DNA of 61,707 nucleotides, from contig DBEYOB010000149.1 in NCBI GenBank assembly GCA_048173955.1, positions 1 through 61,707 on the forward strand, read 5' to 3'. Numbering within the stretch: position 1 is the stretch's first letter; the number at the start of each line of letters is the position of its first letter. Under the pieces are notes generated by a model. That model searched no databases and was not told where the DNA came from. It worked only from the letters and a program-made list of their open reading frames with translations. Below, one piece after another: positions 15,001 through 23,892 of this stretch. This DNA comes from Coriobacteriales bacterium (GTDB taxonomy: Bacteria; Actinomycetota; Coriobacteriia; Coriobacteriales; UMGS124). Both the position numbers and the translations under genes were made by a program.

Positions 15001-18000
15001 ATGGGCAATTTGACCATGTCGCGTCGCACGTTCTCGAAGCTCATGGGTGCCACGGCCGTCGCGGCGGCCGCCGGCATGAGCGTCGGCGGCCAGATGGGCC
15101 TTGCCGAGGAGACCGAGGCGCAGGCTGCCGCTGCCGAAGAGGGCGTGCAGAAGATCCGCTCGTGCTGCCGCGGCTGCGGCAAGTCCGAGTGCGGCGTGTG
15201 GGTCTACGTCAAGGACGGCAGGGTCATCCGCACCGAGGGCGACGATTCCTGCTACAACACCATGGGCAGCCACTGCTCCAAGGGCCAGGCGTCCATCCAG
15301 GCGTGCTACCATCCCGATCGCATCAAGTACCCCATGAAGCGCACGAACCCCAAGGGTTCCGAAGACCCGGGCTGGGTCCGCATCAGCTGGGAAGAGGCCT
15401 ATCAGACCATCGCCGACAACATCATCCAGATCAGGGAGAAGTACGGCCCCGAGTCGCTGTTCTCCTGGTGCGGCACGGGCCGTCAGTGGTGCATGCAGTC
15501 CGACGCCGGCATGGCGCTCGAACTGTTCGGCTCGCCCAACATCATCGCGGCCTACCAGGTCTGCAAGGGCCCGCGCCACTTCGCGAGCCGCCTCGACAAC
15601 GTGCAGGCATGGTCGTGGAGCGAGGTCATCGAGCACCCGCGGCGCTACGTCCAGTGGGCGACGGACCAGTCGATCTCCAACTACGACGACTCCGCCCGCC
15701 TCGTTGTCGACGTTGCCCGCACGGCCGAGACCTACATCAGCGTCGACCCGCGCGTCTCGAACCTCGGCCGCACCGCCAAGTACTGGCTCAACCTGCGCCC
15801 CGGTACCGACAACGCGCTCGCCCTGGGCTGGTGCCACATCATCCTCGAGCACGACCTGGTGGACTGGAAGTTCATCAAGCGCTGGAGCAACGCCCCGTTC
15901 ATCGTGGTGCCCGACATGGATCCCACGGGCTACACCGAGGCCGTCCAGAACGGCGGTAACCCCTGGGAGCTGAAGACCCGCCTGCTCACCGAGGCTGACA
16001 TCGACCCCTCCATGGTCGACTGGGAGGTCGAGGGCGACGGCAACCCCAAGCGCTACCTGGTGTGGGACACCATCAACGAGCGTTGGACCTACTGGCAGGC
16101 CGACCCCGAGGACGCGCACTGGGAGGGCGAGACCTGGGCGCCGCAGACCGAGGGCGTCGAGGAGGACATCTCGCGCCTGCGCGAGGATGGCTCGAAGGTC
16201 GCCGGCTGGATCGCCAACCTCTCGGACTTCAACCCGGCGATCGACCCGGCCGTCTACGGCGAGTTCGAGGTCACGCTCAAGGACGGCAGCACGCACACCG
16301 GCCGCCCCGTGTGGGACATCTGGGCCGCGTATCTCGAGCAGTTCACGCCCGAGCGCACCTCCGAGATCACCGGCGTCGACGCCGGGCTCATCGAGCAGGC
16401 GTGCCTCGAGTGGGCTACGCGCGACAACCCCGACATCCCCAACAGCGGCATCAACTACGGCCTGGGCACCGAGCACGCCGGCAACTCCACGCAGAACTGC
16501 CGTGCCATCATGGCGGCCTGCGCGATGGTGGGCGCCATCGACACCCCCGGCGGCCAGCGCGGCGCCACGAACGGCTGGATGACGCAGTCCGGTCCGACCT
16601 CGATGCTCCCCGCCGCGGCCGCCATGGCGTTCATCCCGACGGCCGACGTCGCCATGAAGATGGCCGGCAACGACAAGATGCCCCTGCTCTACTGGTACAA
16701 CGTGTGGGCCGACTGCAACGCCGCCATGGAGTACGCCAACGGCGAGCCCGACGCCCCCTACCAGATCCACGGCGGCATGATCGGCTCGGGCGACCATATG
16801 AATATGGCCAACGCCCAGTACAACTGGGAGGCCCTCAACAAGCTCGACTTCCTGTTCGAGGCCAACATGTGGCACTCGCCCACCTCGGGCGCGGCCGACA
16901 TCCTGCTCCCCGTCGACCACTGGCTCGAGATGAACGCCGCGCGCATCGCCCAGGGCTGCTCGGGCGCCATCGGCCTGTGCGTCCGCGCCGTCGAGCCTCC
17001 GGGAGAGTGCAAGTCCGACCCGCTCTACTTCATGGAGCTCTCCAAGTACTTCGGCGTTCCCGCCTTTGACGGCGACGACCCGTGGCTCGAGAACACCCCC
17101 GACGCCGACCTCGAGGTCGAGGCCCTCAACGTCGAGTACTTCCAGCAGGGCTGCGCGCCGTTCGCCGACTGGTACGAGATGGTCGACGCCTTCCAGGAGC
17201 ACGGCTGGTGGAACATGAAGGAGGAGTTCCCCGAGGACTGGGGAACCTACCGCCGCTTCGAGACCGGCCAGGCCTACCGCAAGGCCCCGCATCAGCAGCC
17301 CGTCCAGCTCGGCATCGGCATCCCCGGCTTCCCCACGCCCACGATGAAGCAGGAGCTGTGGTGCACCTCCATCGAGTCGTTCTATCCGGACGGATCGGAC
17401 GGCCCCGAGCTCGCGCCCGGCTTCACGAGCGAGGCGCTGCCCTACTACGAGGAGCCCGTGCACGGCATCGTGAAGGACGCCGCGACGTATGAGGAGTACC
17501 CCTTCACCTGCATCACGGGACGCCGCATCCCGGTGTACTTCCACTCCGAGCACCGTCAGCTTCCGTGGTGCCGCGAGCTGTGGCCCGTGCCCAAGATGGA
17601 GATCAACCCTGTCGATGCCGAGGAGCTCGGTCTGCAGCAGGGCGACTGGGTGTGGATCGAGAGCCCGTGGGGCAAGGTGCGCCAGACCGTCGACCTGTAC
17701 TACGGCATCGCCCCCGGTACCATCAACGCCGAGCACCAGTGGTGGTACCCCGAGCTCAACCAGGCGGGCGGCGGCTTCGAGCTCAGCTGCATCAACTGCA
17801 TCACCGACCACAAGGCCCAGGACAAGTACAACGGCTCCGCCAACGTGCGCACCTATCCGGTCAAGATCTACAAGGCGACGCCCGAGAACTCGCCGTTCAA
17901 CAACCCGATTCCGTGCGGCAACGACGGTACCGAGATCATCCACAGCGCCGACGACCCGCGCCTGAAGCTCTGGCTCATCGGCGGCGAGGGCACCGGCGTC

Positions 18001-18012
18001 CACGTCGAGTAA
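15001..18012 (+). CDS. Tat-exported molybdopterin (bis-MGD, DMSO-reductase superfamily) oxidoreductase catalytic subunit, about 1000 aa
   Basis: Twin-arginine signal MGNLTMSRRTFSKLMGATAVAAAAG. N-terminal 4Fe-4S motif CCRGCGKSECGVWVYVKDGRVIRTEGD..C. Length and layout fit molybdopterin oxidoreductase domains. ATG 15001 has GGAAGGGGAGGAAAT upstream. No in-frame stop. Confidence 0.9.
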   Translation: MGNLTMSRRTFSKLMGATAVAAAAGMSVGGQMGLAEETEAQAAAAEEGVQKIRSCCRGCGKSECGVWVYVKDGRVIRTEGDDSCYNTMGSHCSKGQASIQACYHPDRIKYPMKRTNPKGSEDPGWVRISWEEAYQTIADNIIQIREKYGPESLFSWCGTGRQWCMQSDAGMALELFGSPNIIAAYQVCKGPRHFASRLDNVQAWSWSEVIEHPRRYVQWATDQSISNYDDSARLVVDVARTAETYISVDPRVSNLGRTAKYWLNLRPGTDNALALGWCHIILEHDLVDWKFIKRWSNAPFIVVPDMDPTGYTEAVQNGGNPWELKTRLLTEADIDPSMVDWEVEGDGNPKRYLVWDTINERWTYWQADPEDAHWEGETWAPQTEGVEEDISRLREDGSKVAGWIANLSDFNPAIDPAVYGEFEVTLKDGSTHTGRPVWDIWAAYLEQFTPERTSEITGVDAGLIEQACLEWATRDNPDIPNSGINYGLGTEHAGNSTQNCRAIMAACAMVGAIDTPGGQRGATNGWMTQSGPTSMLPAAAAMAFIPTADVAMKMAGNDKMPLLYWYNVWADCNAAMEYANGEPDAPYQIHGGMIGSGDHMNMANAQYNWEALNKLDFLFEANMWHSPTSGAADILLPVDHWLEMNAARIAQGCSGAIGLCVRAVEPPGECKSDPLYFMELSKYFGVPAFDGDDPWLENTPDADLEVEALNVEYFQQGCAPFADWYEMVDAFQEHGWWNMKEEFPEDWGTYRRFETGQAYRKAPHQQPVQLGIGIPGFPTPTMKQELWCTSIESFYPDGSDGPELAPGFTSEALPYYEEPVHGIVKDAATYEEYPFTCITGRRIPVYFHSEHRQLPWCRELWPVPKMEINPVDAEELGLQQGDWVWIESPWGKVRQTVDLYYGIAPGTINAEHQWWYPELNQAGGGFELSCINCITDHKAQDKYNGSANVRTYPVKIYKATPENSPFNNPIPCGNDGTEIIHSADDPRLKLWLIGGEGTGVHVE

Positions 18013-18028
18013 GCGAGGAGGTTAGACT

Positions 18029-18664
18029 ATGGCTCGTATGGCAATCGTCACCGACGTCGACCGCTGCGTTGGCTGCCACGCATGCACCGTGGCGTGCAAG
18101 GTCATGCACGAGATGCCGGTTGGGCGCTATTGGAACAGGGTCCTGCGCATCGGCCCCAACCCCAAGGAAGGCGGCAGCGGCAACTGGCCCGACGTCGAGA
18201 TGTACTTCCTCAACCTGTCGTGCCAGCACTGCGCCACCCCCGAGTGCGTGAGCGTCTGCCCGACCGGCGCCACGACCAAGGCCGAGAACGGCACGGTCCA
18301 GATCGACCCCAACGTGTGCATCGGCTGCGAGTCGTGCATCCCGGCCTGCCCCTACGGCGTTCGCTACCTCAACGAGGACACCGGCGTCGTGGAGAAGTGC
18401 AACCTGTGCCAAGACATCATCGACTCCGGCGAGGTCGACCTGCCGCGCTGCGTCTCGCAGTGCTGCGGCATGGCCCGCTGGTACGGCGACCTGGACGAGG
18501 GCATCGAGACGTTCCGCGGCCCGCGCGGCGAGACGCTGGGCGACTATCTCGAGGCGTTCACCGACGAGCAGGTCTACAAGCTCGAGGATTCCGGCAACGG
18601 GCCCGAGTTCCTGTACATCTGCCGCACCGCCCAGTGGCGTCCCGAGAACATCGTGATGCCGTAG
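18029..18664 (+). CDS. 4Fe-4S ferredoxin-type electron-transfer subunit (DmsB-like)
   Basis: Four Cys clusters: CVGCHACTVACK, CQHCATPECVSVCP, CIGCESCIPACP, CNLCQD..CVSQCC. Starts 16 nt after the catalytic subunit stop. Confidence 0.9.
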   Translation: MARMAIVTDVDRCVGCHACTVACKVMHEMPVGRYWNRVLRIGPNPKEGGSGNWPDVEMYFLNLSCQHCATPECVSVCPTGATTKAENGTVQIDPNVCIGCESCIPACPYGVRYLNEDTGVVEKCNLCQDIIDSGEVDLPRCVSQCCGMARWYGDLDEGIETFRGPRGETLGDYLEAFTDEQVYKLEDSGNGPEFLYICRTAQWRPENIVMP

Positions 18665-18838
18665 GCGCCGTTTGATTACCGGACCGGCCGCCCTCGCGCG
18701 GCCGGTTGCGGGGAGGCACGCGCCTGCCTCTGCGGAGGTCGGCCCGGCTTCCCCCGGCAGTGCGGCTTGCGCGCGGCGTTCGGACGACCGACGAGCCGCG
18801 CTGCCGGGAGAAACCGAAACGACGAAGGGGAGGGCTCT

Positions 18839-19672
18839 ATGGACTGCGACCAGCGCGACGAGGGGCTGCGCTTCGACTTCGACTTTGACGACGCCGCATC
18901 CGGCGACGGTTACGACCCCCTGGGCGACGATGCCGCGGCGGGCGCGGAAGGTTCCGAGACGCCTGCCGCCGCGCAGGACGGGAAGGCCGCCGCTACGCCC
19001 CGGGCCGACGAGCGCCCGGCGGGCGAGCGCACGGCGGAGCTGTTCAAACGCATGGCGCGCCAGCGCCGCCTGCTCGTCGAGATCCTGCGCTTCTGCGACG
19101 TCCCGCGCGACCTCGCCGCCATCGGCGAGCGCGTCGGGGACCTGCAGGAGAAGCACCGCTCGGTGTTCGGACTCGACAACGTCTGCGGGCAGCTCGAGCG
19201 CGCGGGCGCGCTCGCATGCGTGCTCGAGGACGGCAAGCCCTACGTCTACGACGAGGACGCCGAGCCCGAGGTCGAGGTCGTCGACGGGGTCGAGCGCATC
19301 AAGCCGGCCGTTCCGCCCGTCATGCACTGGGTGGCGACCGACGCCGGACGCGAGGCGCTCGCCTCGTACGACCCGGCGGCCAAGCTCGTCGAGCTCCTGC
19401 AGGACGACGCCGCCTACCTTTCGATCTACGAGCGGGTCCTCACCTTGTGCGCCGAGGAGGGCGGGGCGACCATGCCCGCCCTGGGCAAGGCCGTCGACGG
19501 CGACCAGCTCGTGCAGGACCCGCGCTTCTATGCTGCGCACTTCGTCAACAACCTCGAGGCGTGCGACGCGGTGAGCTGGGAGCCGAACTGGGTCACGACG
19601 GAAATCGGCCTGCGCTGGCTCGAGATGATCGCCGACGGCTCGCTGGCAGCCGCCGGCTCGATTGAAGGGTAG
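18839..19672 (+). CDS. Hypothetical protein, acidic N-terminus, no recognisable domain
   Basis: ATG 18839 with GAAGGGGAGGG upstream. 277 aa, same strand and tightly packed within the operon. Confidence 0.65.
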   Translation: MDCDQRDEGLRFDFDFDDAASGDGYDPLGDDAAAGAEGSETPAAAQDGKAAATPRADERPAGERTAELFKRMARQRRLLVEILRFCDVPRDLAAIGERVGDLQEKHRSVFGLDNVCGQLERAGALACVLEDGKPYVYDEDAEPEVEVVDGVERIKPAVPPVMHWVATDAGREALASYDPAAKLVELLQDDAAYLSIYERVLTLCAEEGGATMPALGKAVDGDQLVQDPRFYAAHFVNNLEACDAVSWEPNWVTTEIGLRWLEMIADGSLAAAGSIEG

Positions 19673-19682
19673 GGGGAGGACG

Positions 19683-20609
19683 ATGACGAAAAACGCCACC
19701 GCGCCGCAGGCCGAGGAGGCCGGGCAGCTTTCGCAGGACGAGATGCTCGCCAGCATCGCCGAAGCGACCGAACGCCGCGCCGAAATCTACGGCATCGTCT
19801 CGCGCATCTACCGCGTCGAGGTGAACGAGGAGTTTCTGGCCGAGCTCAAGGAGACGTCGTTTCCCGCTAAGACCGGCAACGAGAAGATGGACCGCGGGTA
19901 TCGTCTCATCTCGAAGTATCTGAGCCGCCCCACCGAGGGCATGCTGCTCGAACTCGCCGTCGACTATGCGCGCACCTACATCGGAACGGGCACCGACGGC
20001 TACTCGGCGTCGTATCCGTACGAGTCGGTCTACACGTCCGAGCAGCGTCTCGTGATGCAGGAGGCGCGCGACGAGGTTTTGGCGGTCTACCGCGCCTCGG
20101 GCCTCAACAAGAGCGAGCAGTGGAAGGACGAGGAGGACCACGTCGCCCTCGAGCTGCAGTTCGAGCAGATTCTGTGCGAGCGCGCCGTCGAGGCGCTGCG
20201 GAAGGGCGATGAGGACGTCGCCTATCAGCTGTTCCGCACGCAGCGCGGCTTTCTCAAGCACCATCTGCTCAACTGGGTCCCCATGATGACCGCCGACACG
20301 CGCAAGTTCGCAAAGACCGATTTCTACCAGGGGCTCTCGTATCTGACGGAGGGGTTCCTCGCCATGGACGCGGAGTTCCTCGACGAGCTTCTGAGCGAGG
20401 ACGAGGGGCCCGACGACGCGACGCTGCCCAAGATTGTGCCCGCCGCCGAGCTGCTCGACACCGCCAAGCCCCTGCCCAAGCGGTCGAAGCGGGGCGCGAA
20501 GGCGAAGCAGGGCGCACCTGCCGACGGGACGTCCGACGCTTCGGGGGCACCCGCGCAGGACGGGCCTGCCCCGGACACCCCTGCCTGCAGCGCGCCGGAG
20601 GTCGAGTAA
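19683..20609 (+). CDS. TorD/DmsD-family redox-enzyme maturation chaperone, with a Lys/Ala/Pro-rich C-terminal tail
   Basis: ELAVDYARTYIG..SYPYESVY..VMQEARDEVLAVYRASGL..EDHVALELQFEQIL..FLKHHLLNW is the TorD-like pattern. ATG 19683 with GGGGGAGGA upstream. Overlaps the end of the preceding gene. Confidence 0.8.
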   Translation: MTKNATAPQAEEAGQLSQDEMLASIAEATERRAEIYGIVSRIYRVEVNEEFLAELKETSFPAKTGNEKMDRGYRLISKYLSRPTEGMLLELAVDYARTYIGTGTDGYSASYPYESVYTSEQRLVMQEARDEVLAVYRASGLNKSEQWKDEEDHVALELQFEQILCERAVEALRKGDEDVAYQLFRTQRGFLKHHLLNWVPMMTADTRKFAKTDFYQGLSYLTEGFLAMDAEFLDELLSEDEGPDDATLPKIVPAAELLDTAKPLPKRSKRGAKAKQGAPADGTSDASGAPAQDGPAPDTPACSAPEVE

Positions 20610-20611
20610 CG

Positions 20612-22699
20612 ATGGCCGCGCGGCAGGCCGGGTGCGGCGGCACGCCGGAGGGGGTCGCCGCGGCGGGGTGCGCCGAGGTCCATCTGATTCGCGGCGGTGC
20701 CGCCACCGGCAAGACGCAGCGGCTGGCCGAACGTGCGGCCGAGCTGTTGGGGAGCGGCGGCGGGGACGACGACGTCCTGGTCGTGTGCGCGACGCCCGAT
20801 AGCGCGGCCCTCTTTGCGGAGCGGCTGGCCCGGGCTTGCGAGGCCGCTGGCCTGGACGCCGGGGCGGCCGACGGCGTCAAGGTCGTTTCGGCCCGCGAGC
20901 TCGAGCTCGAGATCCTGGCGCATCCGGCTGCGCGGGCCCGCACCGGGCGCGCGGCGCGCATGCTGCTGCCCTTCGAAGTCTCGTTCCTGCTGGAGGACCT
21001 CAAGGTGGGCGGCACGCCGACCGGGCGCCTGCGCGGGATGCTCAAGTTCTTCTACAAGAGCATGACCGAGATGGCCGACGAGGCCGACGACTTCCTCATC
21101 GACGCCGACGAGGTCGACGCCATGGAGCGCATCAAGACGCTCCTCGCCATGTCGGGAGGCGTGCTCGAATACGAGTTGCCCGGGCTTGCATGCCGATGCG
21201 TGCGCGACGTGCCCGCGGTGAAGGAGGCGTTTGCGCGGCCGCACGTGCTCGTCGACGACTGGCAGATGCTCTGCAGGGCGTCCCAGCTTCTGTGCGAGGG
21301 GGTTGCCGCGGCGTCGCTCTGGGTTGCGGCGGACCCGGCGGGATGCGTCGAGGTTTTCGAGCCGTACCCCTATGGGGAGGGCGACCGCGAGCTTCTCGAG
21401 CGCCATCCCCAGGCGACGGTGGAGGAGCTGGATGCGTCCTACGCCTGCCTGGGGTCGTGCGCCGCGGCAAGTGCTCTGCGCAGCGACGGGGACGTAGGCC
21501 TTTCCGCCCTGAGCCCCGCAGACGGGTCCACCGCGGCCCGGGCCGAGGCGGTCGGCTGCCTCACCCCCTCCGAGGAGCTGGGGCGGGTGGTCGAGGTCGT
21601 CGAAGAGGCCGTCGGGAGGGGTGTTGCGCCCGAGGAGGTCTTTGTTGCCGTCCCGAACCGGATGTGGAAGGCGAACGTGTGCCGGGCCCTGGGCGGACGG
21701 GGTATCGCGACCCTGTGCGAAGGCGACGTGCGCGGCGCGACGGGTGGCGACATCCGCGACCTTGCCCGCTGCGGCGGTGCGCGGATGCTCACCCTGCTCC
21801 TCCTTGCGGGAGATTCGGACGACGGCGTGGCGTGGCGCAGCTGGTGCGGGTTCGGAGACTACCTGGCGAACAGCGGCATCGTGAACGCGCTGCGCGACCT
21901 TGCGGCGACGCGCGGCGGAAGCACGGTCGACGTGCTCGAGGCGCTGGCGGCGGGCGACGACGCGCTGGCCGACGCCGGCTTTCCCGAAGAACGGCGCCGT
22001 GTGGTGGAGGCGTATGCGCGGGGCAGGGCGGCAATCGGTCGCCTGGCGGGCCTTTCCGGCCCGAACCTGCTGCGCGTCGTGGCCGAGGAGGTTGGCGGGG
22101 AGGGCGCGTGCGTTCCTGCGGCGCTGCTCGAACTCTGCTCGCCGGTTGCGGATGACAGTGCTCGCGACCTGCGCAAACGGGTTCTCCGTCGGTTGGCTCT
22201 TCCGGGGCTGTTCGGCGCTGCGGGCGTTTGCGGCGCCGTGTGCGATGCGGATGCGGCGCCGGATGGGGTTGCCGGGGCGTGTGCGCCTGCCGGGAAGGGT
22301 GCGCCTGTCGGGACGGGTGCGCCCGGTGGCGGTCGGGTCGTCGTGGGTCCCGCGTCGGCCCTGGTCGGGCGGACCCCTCAGGTCGTGGTGGCATGCGGGC
22401 TGGTGAACGGCTTTTTGCCGAGGCACTCCTTCTTCGATGTCACCAGGACGCCTCCCGGCAAGATCGCCAAGGCCCGCGGCGAGTTCCTCCGCCGCGCAAA
22501 TGTGCTGCTCGGCAAGGCGCGCGACCGGCTGGTGTGCACTTGGTTCACGCAGGTCGACCTGGAGACCGCCGGTCGCCTCGACCTGAAGGTCGATCGAATC
22601 TGGACGGACGGCAACGTGCGCATGGCCTCGGTGAGCCCGAGCGTCGCCCTCGAAGCGGCGGGGCTTGCCGGGTCGGCGCCTTTCGAGTCGGTCGAATAA
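20612..22699 (+). CDS. UvrD/AddA-like (SF1) helicase-related P-loop protein with diverged motifs
   Basis: Walker A IRGGAATGKTQRL, then VLVVCATPDSAALFAERL. A motif II-like segment HVLVDDWQMLCRASQLL..LWVAADPAGCV stands where UvrD has VDEFQD..GDxxQ. ATG is 2 nt after the TorD-like stop. Confidence 0.55.
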   Translation: MAARQAGCGGTPEGVAAAGCAEVHLIRGGAATGKTQRLAERAAELLGSGGGDDDVLVVCATPDSAALFAERLARACEAAGLDAGAADGVKVVSARELELEILAHPAARARTGRAARMLLPFEVSFLLEDLKVGGTPTGRLRGMLKFFYKSMTEMADEADDFLIDADEVDAMERIKTLLAMSGGVLEYELPGLACRCVRDVPAVKEAFARPHVLVDDWQMLCRASQLLCEGVAAASLWVAADPAGCVEVFEPYPYGEGDRELLERHPQATVEELDASYACLGSCAAASALRSDGDVGLSALSPADGSTAARAEAVGCLTPSEELGRVVEVVEEAVGRGVAPEEVFVAVPNRMWKANVCRALGGRGIATLCEGDVRGATGGDIRDLARCGGARMLTLLLLAGDSDDGVAWRSWCGFGDYLANSGIVNALRDLAATRGGSTVDVLEALAAGDDALADAGFPEERRRVVEAYARGRAAIGRLAGLSGPNLLRVVAEEVGGEGACVPAALLELCSPVADDSARDLRKRVLRRLALPGLFGAAGVCGAVCDADAAPDGVAGACAPAGKGAPVGTGAPGGGRVVVGPASALVGRTPQVVVACGLVNGFLPRHSFFDVTRTPPGKIAKARGEFLRRANVLLGKARDRLVCTWFTQVDLETAGRLDLKVDRIWTDGNVRMASVSPSVALEAAGLAGSAPFESVE

Positions 22700-22729
22700 C
22701 GGTACGGCGAAGCAAGGAGGTTGGGGACG

Positions 22730-23458
22730 ATGCTCGAAAGCGCTCTCGGCATACTCGTTTCGGCGGTGGTCGCCCTGATCATCGCGTTCCCTCTGGGGTC
22801 GGCGCTCAAGAAATGCCCCTGGGCGTTCTACGCGGCCGCCCTGGTGCTCGTGCTCGGTTACACGGCGCTGCGCGAGCTGTTTCCCCGCAACGACCTCGTG
22901 CAGGCGGCGATGCCCCTGTTCCAGAAGGGCTACGTCTCGGTTTGGCTGCTGGCGGTTGTGATGTGGACGGGCGTGCTCGACGAGGGGACGGCGCTGCGCA
23001 AGAGGCTGCAGCCCATTCGCGGCGAGCTGTCGATCCTCTCGTTCATCTTCATCTTGGCGCACCTCATCATCTACCTCGACGTGTACCTGCCCCGGTTCGG
23101 CGCCCTGTTCGGCACGCGTTCGAACGTAGGCGTCTCGCTGGTCTTCGCGATGGTGCTGGCGGCGCTGTTCCTCGTGCTCACGGTGACGTCGTTCCATGCC
23201 GTGCGCAACCGCATGTCGGCGCGGGGCTGGAAGCATCTGCAGCGCTTCTCCTATGTCATGGTCGTCCTGGTCTTTGTGCACGTGGTGTTCGTGCTCGGCC
23301 GGTCGGCGTTTGCCGGTGGCTTCAACGCCTCGACGCTGAGCGTGATCGTCTACGGTGCGGTAATCGTCGTCTACGCCGTTCTGCGTGTTCTGAAGTGGCG
23401 TCGCGATGCGAGACGCCATGACGCGCGCGAGGCGGCGGGCGCGGAGGCTGCCGAGTAG
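22730..23458 (+). CDS. Ferric-reductase-like / MsrQ-like multi-pass membrane protein (putative di-heme b anchor)
   Basis: About six hydrophobic helices with conserved His in helices (ILAHLIIYLDVY, SFHAVRN, VFVHVVFVL). ATG 22730 with AAGGAGG 9 nt upstream. Confidence 0.7.
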   Translation: MLESALGILVSAVVALIIAFPLGSALKKCPWAFYAAALVLVLGYTALRELFPRNDLVQAAMPLFQKGYVSVWLLAVVMWTGVLDEGTALRKRLQPIRGELSILSFIFILAHLIIYLDVYLPRFGALFGTRSNVGVSLVFAMVLAALFLVLTVTSFHAVRNRMSARGWKHLQRFSYVMVVLVFVHVVFVLGRSAFAGGFNASTLSVIVYGAVIVVYAVLRVLKWRRDARRHDAREAAGAEAAE

Positions 23459-23560
23459 CAAATTGGGACGGCGGTTTACGGGAGCGTGGATCGCTTGCGG
23501 GCGGGGCCCGGTGCGGGAGTGGTACCGGGCCCCGATTGCGTGCGGGTGGGAGGATTGCTC

Positions 23561-23807
23561 GCGGGCGGGCGCGGCTGCCTGCACCCGGGCCGCGTGCACC
23601 CGAAAAGTGCCCGATGCGTGCAGATGTCTGTCGAGTGAACGATGCGGTTCGGGCTACGTTGTTCAAAAGTTGCATAATCGTAAAATACAATTACGTAATT
23701 GAGAGGTTGGCATTCAAATACCTGCACCGCCAACTCAATAAGGCCGATTTCCATCATTCACTCGACCAAGACTTGCACGCATCGAGCGATATTCAGGTGT
23801 TTGATAT
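23561..23807. repeat. 247-bp dispersed intergenic repeat, copy b (partner at 13133..13379)
   Basis: See copy a. Contains the 14-bp perfect palindrome CAATTACGTAATTG at 23688..23701. Confidence 0.85.
23659..23686 (+). promoter_or_regulatory. Sigma70-like motif TTGTTC-N16-TAAAAT inside repeat copy b, pointing at the downstream TorD-like gene
   Basis: Read from the sequence. About 205 nt upstream of ATG 23893. Confidence 0.3.
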
Positions 23808-23892
23808 ACAATGCACCTATATACAATACACCTGCGACGGTCATCGGAAGGGCCACCGCGGGCACGGCTGTCTGCAAACGAGGGAGGACGCG

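Noticed and set aside
15001-18012. Selenocysteine (in-frame TGA) in the molybdoenzyme, as occurs in formate dehydrogenases.
   Set aside because: The ORF is uninterrupted from the Tat signal to the stop, so no in-frame TGA needs explaining.
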